Source: Halobacteriovoraceae bacterium (GTDB lineage: Bacteria; Bdellovibrionota; Bacteriovoracia; Bacteriovoracales; Bacteriovoracaceae). From it: a stretch of DNA of 64,000 bases. Every line of letters begins with the position of its first letter. Position 1 is the stretch's first letter. Below are positions 39,418-50,829 of the stretch, one piece after another. The notes beneath the pieces were generated by a model. It was not told the DNA's origin, did not search any database, and saw nothing but the letters and a program-made list of their open reading frames with translations. Both the position numbers and the translations under genes were made by a program. Where the stretch lies: assembly GCA_963719505.1 (NCBI GenBank), contig CAVRCF010000003.1:192001-256000 (forward strand), read 5' to 3'.

Positions 39418-39749
39418 ATTTATACCTCTTTTGAGTAATGTAGATCCTTAATTTTATTTAATTTTTCGAATTAAAATGTGTTTTTTTCTTAACATTTCTT
39501 TGGAGTTTTTAAATTTGCTCTTACTATCAATTAGTTAGACATACCTTAACTTTTTTAAAGTTCGCCTTTACCAAACTACTTTCGCGCAGCTGCAAGACAG
39601 ATTATGAGAATCGATCGAAAGTATCTTCGTTACTAATTTGATTCGAGTCCCTTAACCGCAATGCTCCTCCTACTCCCCCTGCCAGTGAACAAACTACAAA
39701 ACAAGGGTTCTCTTTAAAGTCCTCGAATCTTAAAAAAGGTTTATGAATT

Positions 39750-42573
39750 ATGGCAAAGCCACAGCCTATTTTATATTTACACGCATTGGAGCAAGAAGAG
39801 ATAAAAGTTATTAAGTTAACGTTGTGTAAATTATTTAAAGTTAAAACTTCATTGGAGAAAACTGAAAAGAATAAGGTCTCTATTGTTATCTCTGGAAGTC
39901 GAGATTTCATCGACGAGCATGTTAAGTCTGGTCAGTTTGATTCCTGTTTCTTTTTTCAAGTTCCGTATGGACAAACATGTTCCGAAAATGCGTCAGGCTT
40001 TTTTTCTGCACCCATTGACCCAGAAGTTTTACATATTACTTTGAAGTCCTATAGTTTTAAAAATCTAGAACAAACATCATTTATAGTTGAAAGCTCCTTT
40101 GCAGCGATTGAAAATGAAAGAGAAAACTTAAAACGACTCTTTCAACAAACACCTAAAATGGTTTGTATTTTAAAGGGACCAACTCATATTTTCGAATTTG
40201 TTAATGATGCTCATATAAAGATATTGGGTTTTGATGCAACAGGAATGCCTGTCAGAGAAGCACAGCCTGAATCGGTAGAGGTTCATTCTATCTTGGATGA
40301 TGTCTATAAAACGGGGAGGACTGCGCAATTGGTGGAGATTCCTGTCACCGTTGGAAATCAACTAAGATATTTTAATTTAACTTATTCCGCTAGAGTCGAT
40401 TCATCTGGAAAAATTAACGGGATCATGATTCTTGGAGAAGAAATTACAGAGCAATTTTTAACAAGAGAGATGTTAAAAACACAAAGTACTGCATTGCAGA
40501 TGACTATGAGTGGCTCTTCCTTGCACGATGTTTTGGATATTTTAGCTCAAGCCATAGAGACGCATCTCTCCGATGAGGTATTGTGCTCGATTCTATTATT
40601 AGATGCTGATGGAGTCCACCTTCGTTATGGAGCAGCTCCAAGTCTTCCTGATTCATATAATGAAGCGACGGATGGGATTGCTATTGGTCCCAAAGTCGGT
40701 TGTTGTGGGACAGCTGCGTACTTAAATAAGGAAATTTCAGTCAACGATATCTCTAAAAGTCCTTTGTGGGAAAACTATAAAGATCTAGCGAAAGTGCATA
40801 AGCTAAATTCATGTTGGTCAACACCAATTAAAACCTCAAAGGGAGAAATAGTAGGAGCTTTTGGTCTATACAATAGACCTCCTGAAGACCCAACTTCTCA
40901 GGAACTTCAAATTTTAAATCTTATAACGCAAACAATTTCATTGGTAATAGAGAGAGACCTCGATATTAAAAAGAGACTAAACGTAGAAAAAGCTCTCGAT
41001 GAAAGTGAAAAACTTTATCACTCAACTGAAGAGCAACTGACTATGGCCGTTGAAGTTGCACGGGTTGGTTTCTATGATTGGAATATTTTAAAAAATACCA
41101 TTAAGTTCAGTGATCAAATGTTGAATGATTGGGGACTCTCGGGAAAAAATCCAACCTTAGAACAAGCGATGATGTGTATTCACGAAGAAGATCGCAAAAG
41201 AGTCTATAAACTTGTAAAGGCCACAATGGAGAAAGATGCAGTTTATCATACTAGCTATAGAGTTCTAAAAGATGATGGAACTGTTGATTGGATGGATGTT
41301 AGAGGTGAGGTTCAAAGAAATAAAAAGGGAGAAGCCATTCGATTTTTCGGAACCTCTATTGTTGTTACAGATCAAAAACAAAGAGAAGCGTCTTTAGAGA
41401 AAGCCCAAAAAATTGCAGAGAACGCAAGTGTTGCCAAAGGACTTTTTTTAGCCAATATGAGTCATGAAATAAGAACTCCCCTTGGTGCGATCATGGGATT
41501 TCTAAACCTTTTAAAAAATCCTTCTAATACACGCAGTGAACTTGAGGAGTATATAGGAATCATTGATCGAAGTTCAAAGCAACTTTTACATATTGTTAAT
41601 GATGTCTTGGATCTATCAAAAATTGAAGCCGGAAAGTTTTCAATTGATCCTACTGAGTTCTCATTGGCCGAACTTTTGAATGACTTTAATACCCTTATGG
41701 CCTTTAAGTCTCGAGAGAAAGGGTTAACTTATGAGATGGAACTTGCCTCTAAAATCCCAGACTGGGTTAACGGCGACGAGACTCGGTTTCGACAGATCTT
41801 AAGTAATCTTGTTGGGAATGCCATAAAGTTTACAGACAAAGGTTTTGTACGATTGAAAGTCTCTTTTTCAGATGAAGAATTTTTTAAATATAGATGTTGA
41901 GGATTCTGGTTGTGGTATCCCATTAAACTCACAGCTTAAAGTCTTTGAACCTTTCTCCCAAGGGGACAACTCTACGACCAGAATTTATGGCGGTACGGGA
42001 TTAGGATTAAACCTCTCCAAACTCTTGACCAAAGCTATGGGAGGAGATTTTATGTTAAAGGAAAGTGTTGTGGGAGTTGGTACAACCTTTAGTATAAGTA
42101 TTCCTTTTGATAAGCTTCCAAAAACCGAGATGATTAGCTGTACTGAGTTTCCAAACGTAACGAGAGAAGATAAATCCAGTGACCAAAAAACATTGTCGCC
42201 AGCTCGAGTCCTAATTGTCGAGGATGCCGTTGAGAATCAAAGACTTTTAAAAATTCTTCTCGAAAGTTGGGGGGTCACAACGCAAGTTGCTTCTAATGGA
42301 TCTGAGGGAGTTGAAAGCGCTCTTAATGGTGACTTCGATATGGTTTTAATGGATATTCAGATGCCAATAATGGATGGTTATGAAGCCACCTCAATCCTTC
42401 GTCAAACTGGATATCATAAACCCGTAATTGCTTTGACAGCTCATGCGATGAAAGAGGAAAAAGATAAATGCATCGCCTCTGGTTTTTCTGACTTTTTAAC
42501 AAAGCCTATTGATCAAGCAAGTTTATATGGACTTATCTCTTCAAGTTTTAATCCAAGTCAAAATGTTATGTGA
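39750..42573 (+). CDS. Hybrid sensor kinase PAS-GAF-PAS-HisKA-HATPase-REC, with a frameshift at ~41880
   Basis: ANMSHEIRTPL, NAIKFT / VEDSGCG, GGTGLGL, MDIQMP; the break is at a T7 run. Confidence 0.88.
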
Positions 42574-42699
42574 AACAACATTTTCTATGTATGAAATAAC
42601 ACAACATCTATGCATCGGTATGATCTATAGGGAGACTCTTTGGTGCATGATCTAGTTTAAGAAATGTTATCAAACATGTAAATCAACTAAGGAGATTTT

Positions 42700-42858
42700 A
42701 TGAACAAGGATCAATTAAAAGGTAAAGGAAAAGAATTAAAAGGTGAAGCTAAAGAGAAAATTGGTAAAGCTACTGATAATTCTAAAAAAGTTGCTGAAGG
42801 AAAAGTTGAAAAAACTGAAGGTAAGATTCAGAAAAAATACGGCGACGCCAAAGACTAG
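42700..42858 (+). CDS. CsbD-family stress protein (52 aa, not in ORF track)
   Basis: AAGGAG RBS; MNKDQLKGKGKELKGEAKEKIGKATDN...EGK.....G.IQKKYG.AKD. Confidence 0.9.
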   Translation: MNKDQLKGKGKELKGEAKEKIGKATDNSKKVAEGKVEKTEGKIQKKYGDAKD

Positions 42859-43003
42859 TTAAATAATTTCGACTTCTTTATTTTCTTAATAGAGAAGTCG
42901 AATATTTGAATAGAATGAATCATTTATTCGCTATTTCTTCAATCCCATTTTGCAATTGCAAGTTTCAACTAAAAATTAATTCAAAAACAGACAAGGAGTT
43001 AAG

Positions 43004-43447
43004 ATGAAAAATATTTATATCTGCGTAAATATAGATAATAAAAGTTTCGATAGCTTAAAGAAGGTCGAGGATTATATTGATATGAAGTCGGTGAATATTA
43101 CTCTTTTGCATATTTGGAATAAAAAAGCTTATGACTATCCTGGCGATATGATTGTGGCTTTTTACCCCAACGAGTCTCAAGCCCAAGATATAGCAAGTGA
43201 GATGGATAAAAGATTAGCCGAACAATTTTCAAAATTCCCAGATCTATCTTCAGATAGATTTCACACAAAAGTTTTTTCAACATCCAACCCAAAGGATGAT
43301 GTTGTAGATCTTCTAAAAGAAGAAAAGGCTGATTTAGTGGTTTGTCTGACACCTGAGAAGAGAGCTATAAAAGACTTCTTCCACAGTTCGTTTACAAACT
43401 ATTTAAGCTCTCATGCTCCGTGCGATGTATTAGCGTTAAGAGTTTAA
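43004..43447 (+). CDS. Universal stress protein
   Basis: ITLLHI, KADLVV, FF..S....L..HAPCDVL. Confidence 0.85.
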   Translation: MKNIYICVNIDNKSFDSLKKVEDYIDMKSVNITLLHIWNKKAYDYPGDMIVAFYPNESQAQDIASEMDKRLAEQFSKFPDLSSDRFHTKVFSTSNPKDDVVDLLKEEKADLVVCLTPEKRAIKDFFHSSFTNYLSSHAPCDVLALRV

Positions 43448-43477
43448 GAGATCTCTAATGTGTCACTAGAACTTAAG

Positions 43478-43561
43478 TGGTGGCCTCGGCCGGACTTGAA
43501 CCGGCATACCCGAAAGCGGTTGATTTTGAATCAACTGTGTCTACCATTCCACCACGAGGCC
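43478..43561 (-). tRNA. tRNA-Leu(CAA)
   Basis: GGCCTCG/CGAGGCC acceptor stem, GTTGA-TTCAAAA-TCAAC anticodon arm, long variable arm, CCA. Confidence 0.97.
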
Positions 43562-43650
43562 ATTGATTTGATTTGAATATATTAGTGAGGTAGAGGGGTG
43601 AAGTCAATATAAGGCCCAAGGTTTGACGCTTGAGCCCATTAAATATTTTT

Positions 43651-44598
43651 TTAAAACATGTTGATGTTAGCAGTAAATCCAATATTTGTTAATTCAGACT
43701 TTAAGTCTTGTGGAACAAATTGAATGTTCGGGTAAAGAAATACATCTCTAGTTAATGAGATTCCAAGACCAACAGACTGAGTTACAATTCTTTGCTCAAA
43801 TTCACTATCTGCTTTTGTATTGTCATACCAGTTCGATCTAACAATTGTTCTTAGGTTGTAAGTGTCGTTGATAATATACTCTGCTTGAGGTAAAAATCCC
43901 CAAACAACATCGTTTTGATTTGCTTGAAATTCTTCATCATCTTTATCAAAGTAGTACTTTGTATAAACACCTAAGACACCAATTGAAAAACCAGTTTTTC
44001 CAAACGCGTACATTGTGTTTACTGATAAATCTAGAGAGTTTTGATATCCAATATCTGTTAAGTTACTTGCTGTGTACTGAGTAATCCCAACAGAACCAAT
44101 CGTTTGAACACCAAAAAAGTTATTCATGTGAACATAAGAAAAATATGGATTTGAAATATCTAGCTCACCTTTATTGTCGTCAAATTCTTTTTGGGCTCTT
44201 TCTGAATCGGTATCGATATCGTCATTAAAAGGAGCAAGTACTTGAACACCAGCACCAAGATTTAATCTATTTAATGAGTTTAGTCTATATGTACCATTAA
44301 CAGTCCCACTAATTCCGGCAATACTCGTTGTATCTCCAGCATTTGAAATATTGGGTCTATCAGCAGCAAATGGTTTTGCTAGAGATCCACCATTATAGCT
44401 TAAACTAAAGTTCATACTAAAATCAGACAGAGAACCATTACTTGCTCTAAATCTTCTATTAGTGATTTTGGCATCTGCTTCATCAATTTTTGAAGTGGTA
44501 GCTTTAACCGGTGCATCATCTGTAGTACTCTTGCGCTCTTGTGCTATGGCATTCCCTGCAAGAAGGGTAAAAGTTAATAGTAAGCATACTTTTGTCAT
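43651..44598 (-). CDS. Probable outer-membrane beta-barrel protein
   Basis: Signal peptide, alternating beta-strand pattern, C-terminal Phe. Confidence 0.75.
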   Translation of the reverse strand: MTKVCLLLTFTLLAGNAIAQERKSTTDDAPVKATTSKIDEADAKITNRRFRASNGSLSDFSMNFSLSYNGGSLAKPFAADRPNISNAGDTTSIAGISGTVNGTYRLNSLNRLNLGAGVQVLAPFNDDIDTDSERAQKEFDDNKGELDISNPYFSYVHMNNFFGVQTIGSVGITQYTASNLTDIGYQNSLDLSVNTMYAFGKTGFSIGVLGVYTKYYFDKDDEEFQANQNDVVWGFLPQAEYIINDTYNLRTIVRSNWYDNTKADSEFEQRIVTQSVGLGISLTRDVFLYPNIQFVPQDLKSELTNIGFTANINMF

Positions 44599-44792
44599 TC
44601 CAGTCTCCTTGAAAACATAATATTTTTTAATAGAGTTAACTTATAGGTCAAAAACCTGATTGTCATGCTCATGTAAGGCTTTGAATCTATTTAGTTAAAA
44701 TTAGGTGAAAACTGGTCTCAAAATGTCCCCAAAACGGTCATTCTTTGGCCTTTGGGAAGTCTAATTTAAGAATCTTGGTGTGATGCGTGTCG

Positions 44793-45743
44793 CTAAATCT
44801 TTAGAAGATTCAGAGCTTGATCAATTTTAAAACGATAAAAATCTTCACCCAGATGCTTCTTGAGTGAAGAGTTACTGATCAGACATGAGTTTTTTAGATA
44901 GTCGATGAGGTATGTTGGGATGTCTAAGTTTATCTTTTTTAAAAGTTGGTTTAAAGGAGCTGCTACAGAGATGGGAAAAGGAATTCCCTTGCTGCCGACA
45001 ATATCAAGGGCATCGTTTAGCGAAATAAAGTCATCTGTAGCGACATTGTAGATCCCCGTTGGAAGATCTGTGCAGGCTCGCGCCAAAACTGTGGCCATGT
45101 CAAACTCATGGATAAACTGAAAGACCGGATTGTAATCGATGGGTCTAATAGCATAAGAGCTTGTAAGGTACTTACTCATTGTATTTGAAATTTGTGAGCC
45201 AATAATATTGCAAGGCCTAAGAACGATAGTGCTCATTGTGTCTTGGTATTTCCACATCCAGTTTGTGCATATCTGATCCATCTCAACCACATCACGAAGT
45301 TCGGAGTGTTTCATACTTGCCCTAAGAGGCGCATCTTCTGGAAGAAAGATCGTGTTGTCGGGCAAGGCGCCATAGACGTGAAAGGTGCTGAGAATGATAA
45401 GCTTCTTAACATTAAATCTTAGGCTTAAATCGAGTATTCTATTTGTACCCATCACACTGAGTTCGAGCCTTTTAGATAAGTCGTTATTTCCAATGGTGGA
45501 GTGACTCATTCTTCCCAGGTGGTAAACAACATCAAATTCATGCTCTCTAAAGAGCTTTTCAAAATTACCTCGGGAGTATTTCATTTTAATACAAGTGAGG
45601 CCTTTGATATCGACTTCCGGAGGAGTTCTATTATCAATGCCGTATATTTCAGACTCGGGATTATTACCTAGAATCACTCTCGAAGTTATTTGAGCGAGTC
45701 CGCCGGCAATTCCTATAATTAAAATCTTTTTAGGTTTATTCAT
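44793..45743 (-). CDS. NAD-dependent epimerase/dehydratase family protein
   Basis: ILIIGIAGGL, LSTFHVYGA, LRPCNIIG, QFIHE.D. Confidence 0.88.
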   Translation of the reverse strand: MNKPKKILIIGIAGGLAQITSRVILGNNPESEIYGIDNRTPPEVDIKGLTCIKMKYSRGNFEKLFREHEFDVVYHLGRMSHSTIGNNDLSKRLELSVMGTNRILDLSLRFNVKKLIILSTFHVYGALPDNTIFLPEDAPLRASMKHSELRDVVEMDQICTNWMWKYQDTMSTIVLRPCNIIGSQISNTMSKYLTSSYAIRPIDYNPVFQFIHEFDMATVLARACTDLPTGIYNVATDDFISLNDALDIVGSKGIPFPISVAAPLNQLLKKINLDIPTYLIDYLKNSCLISNSSLKKHLGEDFYRFKIDQALNLLKI

Positions 45744-46614
45744 TTTTTCTTCTTTTTATAAATCGATCAGCCAAGGGAATCCTTATCTCGTCAAAAAAAG
45801 GTCTTCTCGTTTTTAATCCCTTGAGAAGCTGGGCATTTATTTGTTTCTCTATTCTGTAAACATGTTCTCTTATGTCTTTATCTTGTGCATCGACAGAAAG
45901 ATCACTGGGAACTTCGTAGGGTTTGCCAATATAAATATCAATAGGAGAAGGGAGTGGAAAAAGATTGGCCGAAAGGGGGAGTGTCGGTAAACCAAGTATC
46001 TTGCCAAGTTTTTTAGCGTGGTAGACAAAAGGAAACATCTCTTCAGCTCCGACGACGGAGATGGGAAGAATAGGAGTCTTTTCTCCAAGAGCTATTCTGA
46101 AAAAACCATTTGAGAACTTTCTCGTATCATAGAATTCATTTGTGCTCTTTGTAATTCCCTTCATTCCTTCCGGGAAAACCAGGATGGATTCATTTTGTTC
46201 TAAAAGCCATTTACAATTTCCACGATCACCTAAAATTGAACCTGTCTGAGCGGTGAGGCTTCCAAGAAAGGGAAAGCCTGCTAGAAAACTATCAACCATA
46301 CTGTGAAGAATTCTGGGTTTTTCAACCTCCATTGCAAGGGCGATGGTAATCATCATGCCATCAATGGGAATTTGTCCGGTGTGGTTAGAGGCCAAGATAT
46401 AAGGACGATCTTCAATATTTTCCGCACCAAAGACTCGAACGCGAAAATATTTTTTATAAACGGGATAGATAAGGTTGACGGCATCGACAATTTTGTCGAT
46501 ATCGAACCCCCAAGGATCCTTGTAAGCCTCATAGCGTTTACGTAACTTCTGAATTTGTTGCTCTTTATGAAGCTTTTCTTCATCAGAGAGTCTCAGACTA
46601 AATTTGTCAAACAT
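45736..46614 (-). CDS. PlsC-like acyltransferase
   Basis: SNHTGQIPIDG and VFPEG motifs. Confidence 0.9.
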   Translation of the reverse strand: MFDKFSLRLSDEEKLHKEQQIQKLRKRYEAYKDPWGFDIDKIVDAVNLIYPVYKKYFRVRVFGAENIEDRPYILASNHTGQIPIDGMMITIALAMEVEKPRILHSMVDSFLAGFPFLGSLTAQTGSILGDRGNCKWLLEQNESILVFPEGMKGITKSTNEFYDTRKFSNGFFRIALGEKTPILPISVVGAEEMFPFVYHAKKLGKILGLPTLPLSANLFPLPSPIDIYIGKPYEVPSDLSVDAQDKDIREHVYRIEKQINAQLLKGLKTRRPFFDEIRIPLADRFIKRRKNE

Positions 46615-46698
46615 ATAGGTTCCAATTTTTTGCTTACTATTGTTATAATTGATTTATAGATATACTTAAAGAGAGAAAATCTGAGCCAAAGGAACAAT

Positions 46699-47001
46699 GT
46701 GAGTGCAAGTAGAGATGAAAAACACTGGGGAAATAAACTTCAGGATATAATGCAAAGCTGCCAAGTTGAGCTAAAAAAGACAACGCAGATCGGAATGAAG
46801 ATGCTGACGGCTTCTCAGTCAAACAGCCTTTTAAAAGAGCAGTATGAAAAGCTAGGAATGCTGACGCTTCAAGCGGTGTCTAACAATGAACTGGATTGGT
46901 CGAATGAAACGGCTAAAGAGCTGGTTGAGAGAATTGAGAAACTAAAAGTTGAATTATCAGCTTTAGAAGACCAAGTTAATTCTTTAAAAAAAGAAGATTA
47001 G
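46699..47001 (+). CDS. Hypothetical coiled-coil protein
   Basis: AAGGA RBS, 100-aa ORF. Confidence 0.7.
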   Translation: MSASRDEKHWGNKLQDIMQSCQVELKKTTQIGMKMLTASQSNSLLKEQYEKLGMLTLQAVSNNELDWSNETAKELVERIEKLKVELSALEDQVNSLKKED

Positions 47002-47672
47002 TCTTCTTCTGGTAAAATTGTTTGATTAAGCATCTCTTTACCAAGAATAAAATTTTTCAATGACTCTTCTAGAAGATGGCACTCCGTCTTTTTTTCAGCG
47101 GAGACAAAAAAGATCTGTTTCACAAATTTAAATTCTTTATATATTTGCGGCTTTAGCTTGTTTAAAGCAGCCCTTTCTTTTTGTTTTTTCAATTTATCAA
47201 TCTTGTTAAAAACTAGAAAAATTTCAAACTCTGTCGCTTTTACGTAGTGATAAAATTCTTGATCTGAGGTTTGATTTGGATGACGAGCATCTTGAATATT
47301 GAAAAGAAGAGTTTTTCTATTTAGCCCTTCAAAAAAAGCTCCCATGAGAGCTTCCCAATTTTTTTTCATTGTTTTAGAAACTTCGGCGTGGCCATAACCT
47401 GGAAGATCGAAAAGATAATATTTTTGTTCAGATCCATGAAGCTCAAATGTGAAGATATTTATTTTCTGTGTTCGTCCTGGTGTTTTCGATATTTTTGCAA
47501 TCTTGTTACCAAAAAGTGCATTGATCAAACTGGATTTTCCAACGTTTGAGCGTCCAACCATGGCAAGACCGATGACATCTTGATTGTGTTCCCACCAACC
47601 TTGCATTTGCTTTATGCTATCGATGGCCATTTCAAAGTTTGTTTGTCCGCGGTTAATGATTTCTTGATTCAT
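46998..47672 (-). CDS. engB: Ribosome biogenesis GTPase YihA/EngB
   Basis: GRSNVGKSS, TPGRT, DLPGYG, NKID. Confidence 0.95.
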   Translation of the reverse strand: MNQEIINRGQTNFEMAIDSIKQMQGWWEHNQDVIGLAMVGRSNVGKSSLINALFGNKIAKISKTPGRTQKINIFTFELHGSEQKYYLFDLPGYGHAEVSKTMKKNWEALMGAFFEGLNRKTLLFNIQDARHPNQTSDQEFYHYVKATEFEIFLVFNKIDKLKKQKERAALNKLKPQIYKEFKFVKQIFFVSAEKKTECHLLEESLKNFILGKEMLNQTILPEED

Positions 47673-47773
47673 ATATATCCAACCAGTAAGTAAAAAATTT
47701 AAACCTCTTTGTCAGATATTAGCCGCCTATTGTCAATGTAAATGGCACGAAGCTTGTATAAATAACGCGAGAC

Positions 47774-49090
47774 TTGAACTTAGAGGGGACTAGCATGATG
47801 ATTAAAGAGATTGGATTTATGACTGACATTTTAAATAAGAAGGGATTAAAGGAGGGAGATGAGATTATCGTGAAGCCTTTTGGAAAAAGAAGACGCACTT
47901 ATTGTCTCAATTTTACCAAGCTTGTCTTTACCACAAAAAATGGCCCTAAAATCAGCTGGGTTAAGACTCTTGATTCGATCCAAGGTGAGGAGTTTACCTT
48001 TGAATTAAAAAGTTTTGTGGTGCCCTCTATAAATCAGCAAAAGAACCAAAGATATTTCCTTCAATCCAGCTGTGGGACACCTTTTAAGCTGAATGGAAGT
48101 TTTGCAACACAGGCGTTTATCGAGGTTGGGGATGAGGTCGAAATTGGCTTTCATAAAGTCCTCTTTAATAGGCGTCAAGCTCCTGAGGATCAGATGAAGC
48201 TTTTTAGCGGTTTTATTGAAGACAATAAGAAAGTGATTGCTTCCACACTCCCTATTCTCATTGAAGGGGAGACGGGAGTTGGAAAGACCACTTTGGCAAA
48301 GGAGTTTCATATTCTCAGTGGAAGACCAGGAAAGTTTGTTCATATCAATGTCTCCGCCTTTTCTAGGTCCCTCATCGAGTCGGAGCTTTTTGGCCATATC
48401 AAGGGGGCATTTACTGGAGCTTTAAATGATAAAAAAGGTGCTTTTAGACAATCTCACCAGGGCACCCTTTTTATTGATGAAATAGATTCACTTCCTTTAG
48501 AGCTTCAAACAAAGCTTCTACTCTTTTTTGATAGCCAGGAATTGACACCGGTGGGAAGTGAAATCAGTTATAAAGTTGATACCAGAATTATTTGTGCCTC
48601 TGGACGATCGTTAAAAAATTTGACTGAAGCCAAGCAAATGCGAAAAGACTTTTATTTTCGTGTGGCAAGCGGAGCGATGATAAAAATTCCCGCTCTTAGA
48701 GACAACTTATTCATGCTTTCAAGATTTTGTAAGCTTTATGGAATTGAAAGAAATATCATTATTCCTGAAAAACTTATCGAGTTCTATGAGACTCTTCCTT
48801 GGCCTGGAAATTATCGTCAACTCAAAGGTCACTTAGATAAAAAATTTATTATGATGAATGGAAGGAAAATGGACTTTGATGAGGTTGATAATGAACTGGT
48901 GGTGTTGAGTTCAGAACTTATTGATATAGAAAAAAATCATTCCTTAACGATGAAAGAGCTTAAAAGTAATTACGCAAAAAAAGTCTATTTTGAGTGCGAC
49001 CAAAACTATTCTCGAGCGTCACGTGTTTTAGATATAAGCCCAAGAAGCCTCAAAAGCTTAATTGAAACCGAAAAGGCTTTGACTAGTTAG
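47774..49090 (+). CDS. Sigma-54-dependent transcriptional activator
   Basis: GETGVGKT, ESELFGH.KGAFTGA, LFIDEI, WPGN; C-terminal HTH. Confidence 0.9.
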   Translation: MNLEGTSMMIKEIGFMTDILNKKGLKEGDEIIVKPFGKRRRTYCLNFTKLVFTTKNGPKISWVKTLDSIQGEEFTFELKSFVVPSINQQKNQRYFLQSSCGTPFKLNGSFATQAFIEVGDEVEIGFHKVLFNRRQAPEDQMKLFSGFIEDNKKVIASTLPILIEGETGVGKTTLAKEFHILSGRPGKFVHINVSAFSRSLIESELFGHIKGAFTGALNDKKGAFRQSHQGTLFIDEIDSLPLELQTKLLLFFDSQELTPVGSEISYKVDTRIICASGRSLKNLTEAKQMRKDFYFRVASGAMIKIPALRDNLFMLSRFCKLYGIERNIIIPEKLIEFYETLPWPGNYRQLKGHLDKKFIMMNGRKMDFDEVDNELVVLSSELIDIEKNHSLTMKELKSNYAKKVYFECDQNYSRASRVLDISPRSLKSLIETEKALTS

Positions 49091-49982
49091 CCACCATGAA
49101 CGTAAAGCCAACTTCTTCAACGACCCCTTCAACTCGATTTTCTTTCAAAAATCTGTTGAGGTCATTAGTAATTTTTTCTTTAAAGACTAGTTTTCCCTCT
49201 TCTTCGATTGGGAATGACGAAATAACCGGCTCGACGTTTGTAAAGAAATAGTCTCTCAATTGATTCTCGTAGTGTTCAAGGTATTGCTTGGCAAAACGTG
49301 TGTTAGTTCTGACTGTAAAGTCCACTGTTATGCTTCTGATATCTTTCACAGACTCTCTATAGATTGGTATTTTTACATTGAGAACTTTTATCGTTCTTTT
49401 TTGAAAGTCTTTATACTCAGGTTTGTAAGCGTATTCTTGAACACTTGCAGGAGCTCTACTGGAGAACTCATTGAGCAGAATTTGATTTGTAGAATTGATG
49501 ACGCCATAGAAACCAAGTCCGATAACGGATAACGCAGCCACTCCAAAGGCTAATTGCCCTTTTCCAAGCTTATCTGTAACCGTGTCGATATGGTTAATTC
49601 TTCTCTTTGTCGATTCAATAATAAAAACAGCGTGAGACTTCAATGGTGTTTTTAAAAGAAGAACTTTTACTTTTTCCAAGAAGCCAAACATGCGTTCTTT
49701 GTAGGGATAGGTCGATGCAAAGTCTAAAACATTATTTATCTTCTCTCTCACCCTTGAAATAAAGAGACTAATGCGGTTAAGGCATTTGAGGATGAAGAAC
49801 CTCAAGGAGTCTAACTTGTCTTTAGACAACGCTTTAACCTTTCTAAAAAACACCAGAATAAATTTTGGCATAAGAGTGTAGTAAAGACTCCGCAGTGTAC
49901 TTTGTAAGCGCACAATCCAAAGATTTAATCTCTCTTCGAGCTTTTCTAATGCCTTTTCAAGTTTTTCTAATTTTTCCAACAT
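49083..49982 (-). CDS. Membrane protein with a FliL-like C-terminal domain
   Basis: One TM segment; ENQLRD...EEGK...KEKI...LN..L...G.VEEV.F resembles FliL. Confidence 0.55.
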   Translation of the reverse strand: MLEKLEKLEKALEKLEERLNLWIVRLQSTLRSLYYTLMPKFILVFFRKVKALSKDKLDSLRFFILKCLNRISLFISRVREKINNVLDFASTYPYKERMFGFLEKVKVLLLKTPLKSHAVFIIESTKRRINHIDTVTDKLGKGQLAFGVAALSVIGLGFYGVINSTNQILLNEFSSRAPASVQEYAYKPEYKDFQKRTIKVLNVKIPIYRESVKDIRSITVDFTVRTNTRFAKQYLEHYENQLRDYFFTNVEPVISSFPIEEEGKLVFKEKITNDLNRFLKENRVEGVVEEVGFTFMVAN

Positions 49983-50083
49983 AAATACCTCTTCAATCTT
50001 GTCGGCTATTAGTTGTTAATACTTTAGTATTTTACTCCGTTTTCGGCATTTCTTTCCTAAAATCATAAAAATAAGTCAAATCA

Positions 50084-50794
50084 TTGAAAACTAGGAGCTT
50101 ATTATCGATAAGGAAGTTAGGGAATAGGGAGAATAGAATGTTAAAACCTAACTACTTAAAATTACAAGCTTTATTAGTTATCAGTATGCTTATGAGCTCT
50201 TGTGCGATGCTCGAATACAGAGATTTTGAGGATCAAATGAGTGAATACAGAGATGATGACCTCTCATTTGTACCAAATCAGGACTTTCCTGTTGTGGCCG
50301 GTGACAGCGGTGATATGGGGGGAGGCTTAGAGGTTATATTGAGACGGACTCCGGCAAGTGGAAGTCAGAGAAAACTAAATGCACACGAAAGTTCAATACG
50401 CCAAGAACTCTATGCTCTTGAGGGTCAGCTTCAAGAAGACGAACTGAAGCAATACATAGAAAATAAGGATAAACTTGGAAGTGATTCCCAAAAGATCTAC
50501 TTTCTAAGTCTCGATGAAATGGAGAAGTACGACTACTTGAAAACTCGAGGCCTGGTCGAGAGGGCGGATAATTCCTATTATTCATCAGCTGAAAGGGCCA
50601 TTGCCAGCGTGACCAACGATATTGTCTTAGGCATGGGAAAACAAGAAGTAGCAAGAATCTGGGGACAGCCAGCTCGTGTTGACTATTCGGGCTCAAAAAG
50701 TCTTCAAAATGAGCGTTGGGCGTATCGTCGAAATGACAAAGTAAAATTCATCTATTTCGATTCTGGAGTAGTTGAAGGCTGGACTGAAGAGTAG
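50084..50794 (+). CDS. Lipoprotein with a SmpA/OmlA-like C-terminal domain
   Basis: Lipobox MSSC; LGM.KQEV...WGQP...ERW.Y...YF..G.V.GW. Confidence 0.7.
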   Translation: MKTRSLLSIRKLGNRENRMLKPNYLKLQALLVISMLMSSCAMLEYRDFEDQMSEYRDDDLSFVPNQDFPVVAGDSGDMGGGLEVILRRTPASGSQRKLNAHESSIRQELYALEGQLQEDELKQYIENKDKLGSDSQKIYFLSLDEMEKYDYLKTRGLVERADNSYYSSAERAIASVTNDIVLGMGKQEVARIWGQPARVDYSGSKSLQNERWAYRRNDKVKFIYFDSGVVEGWTEE

Positions 50795-50829
50795 TATATT
50801 GTCCTGATAGACAGAAATTAGGTGAATAT

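Noticed and set aside
28000-43478. Second island ending at tRNA-Leu
   Set aside because: I found no duplicated tRNA-Leu 3' end and no integrase by eye.
43473-43682. 69-aa ORF on the minus strand
   Set aside because: It overlaps tRNA-Leu and is spurious.
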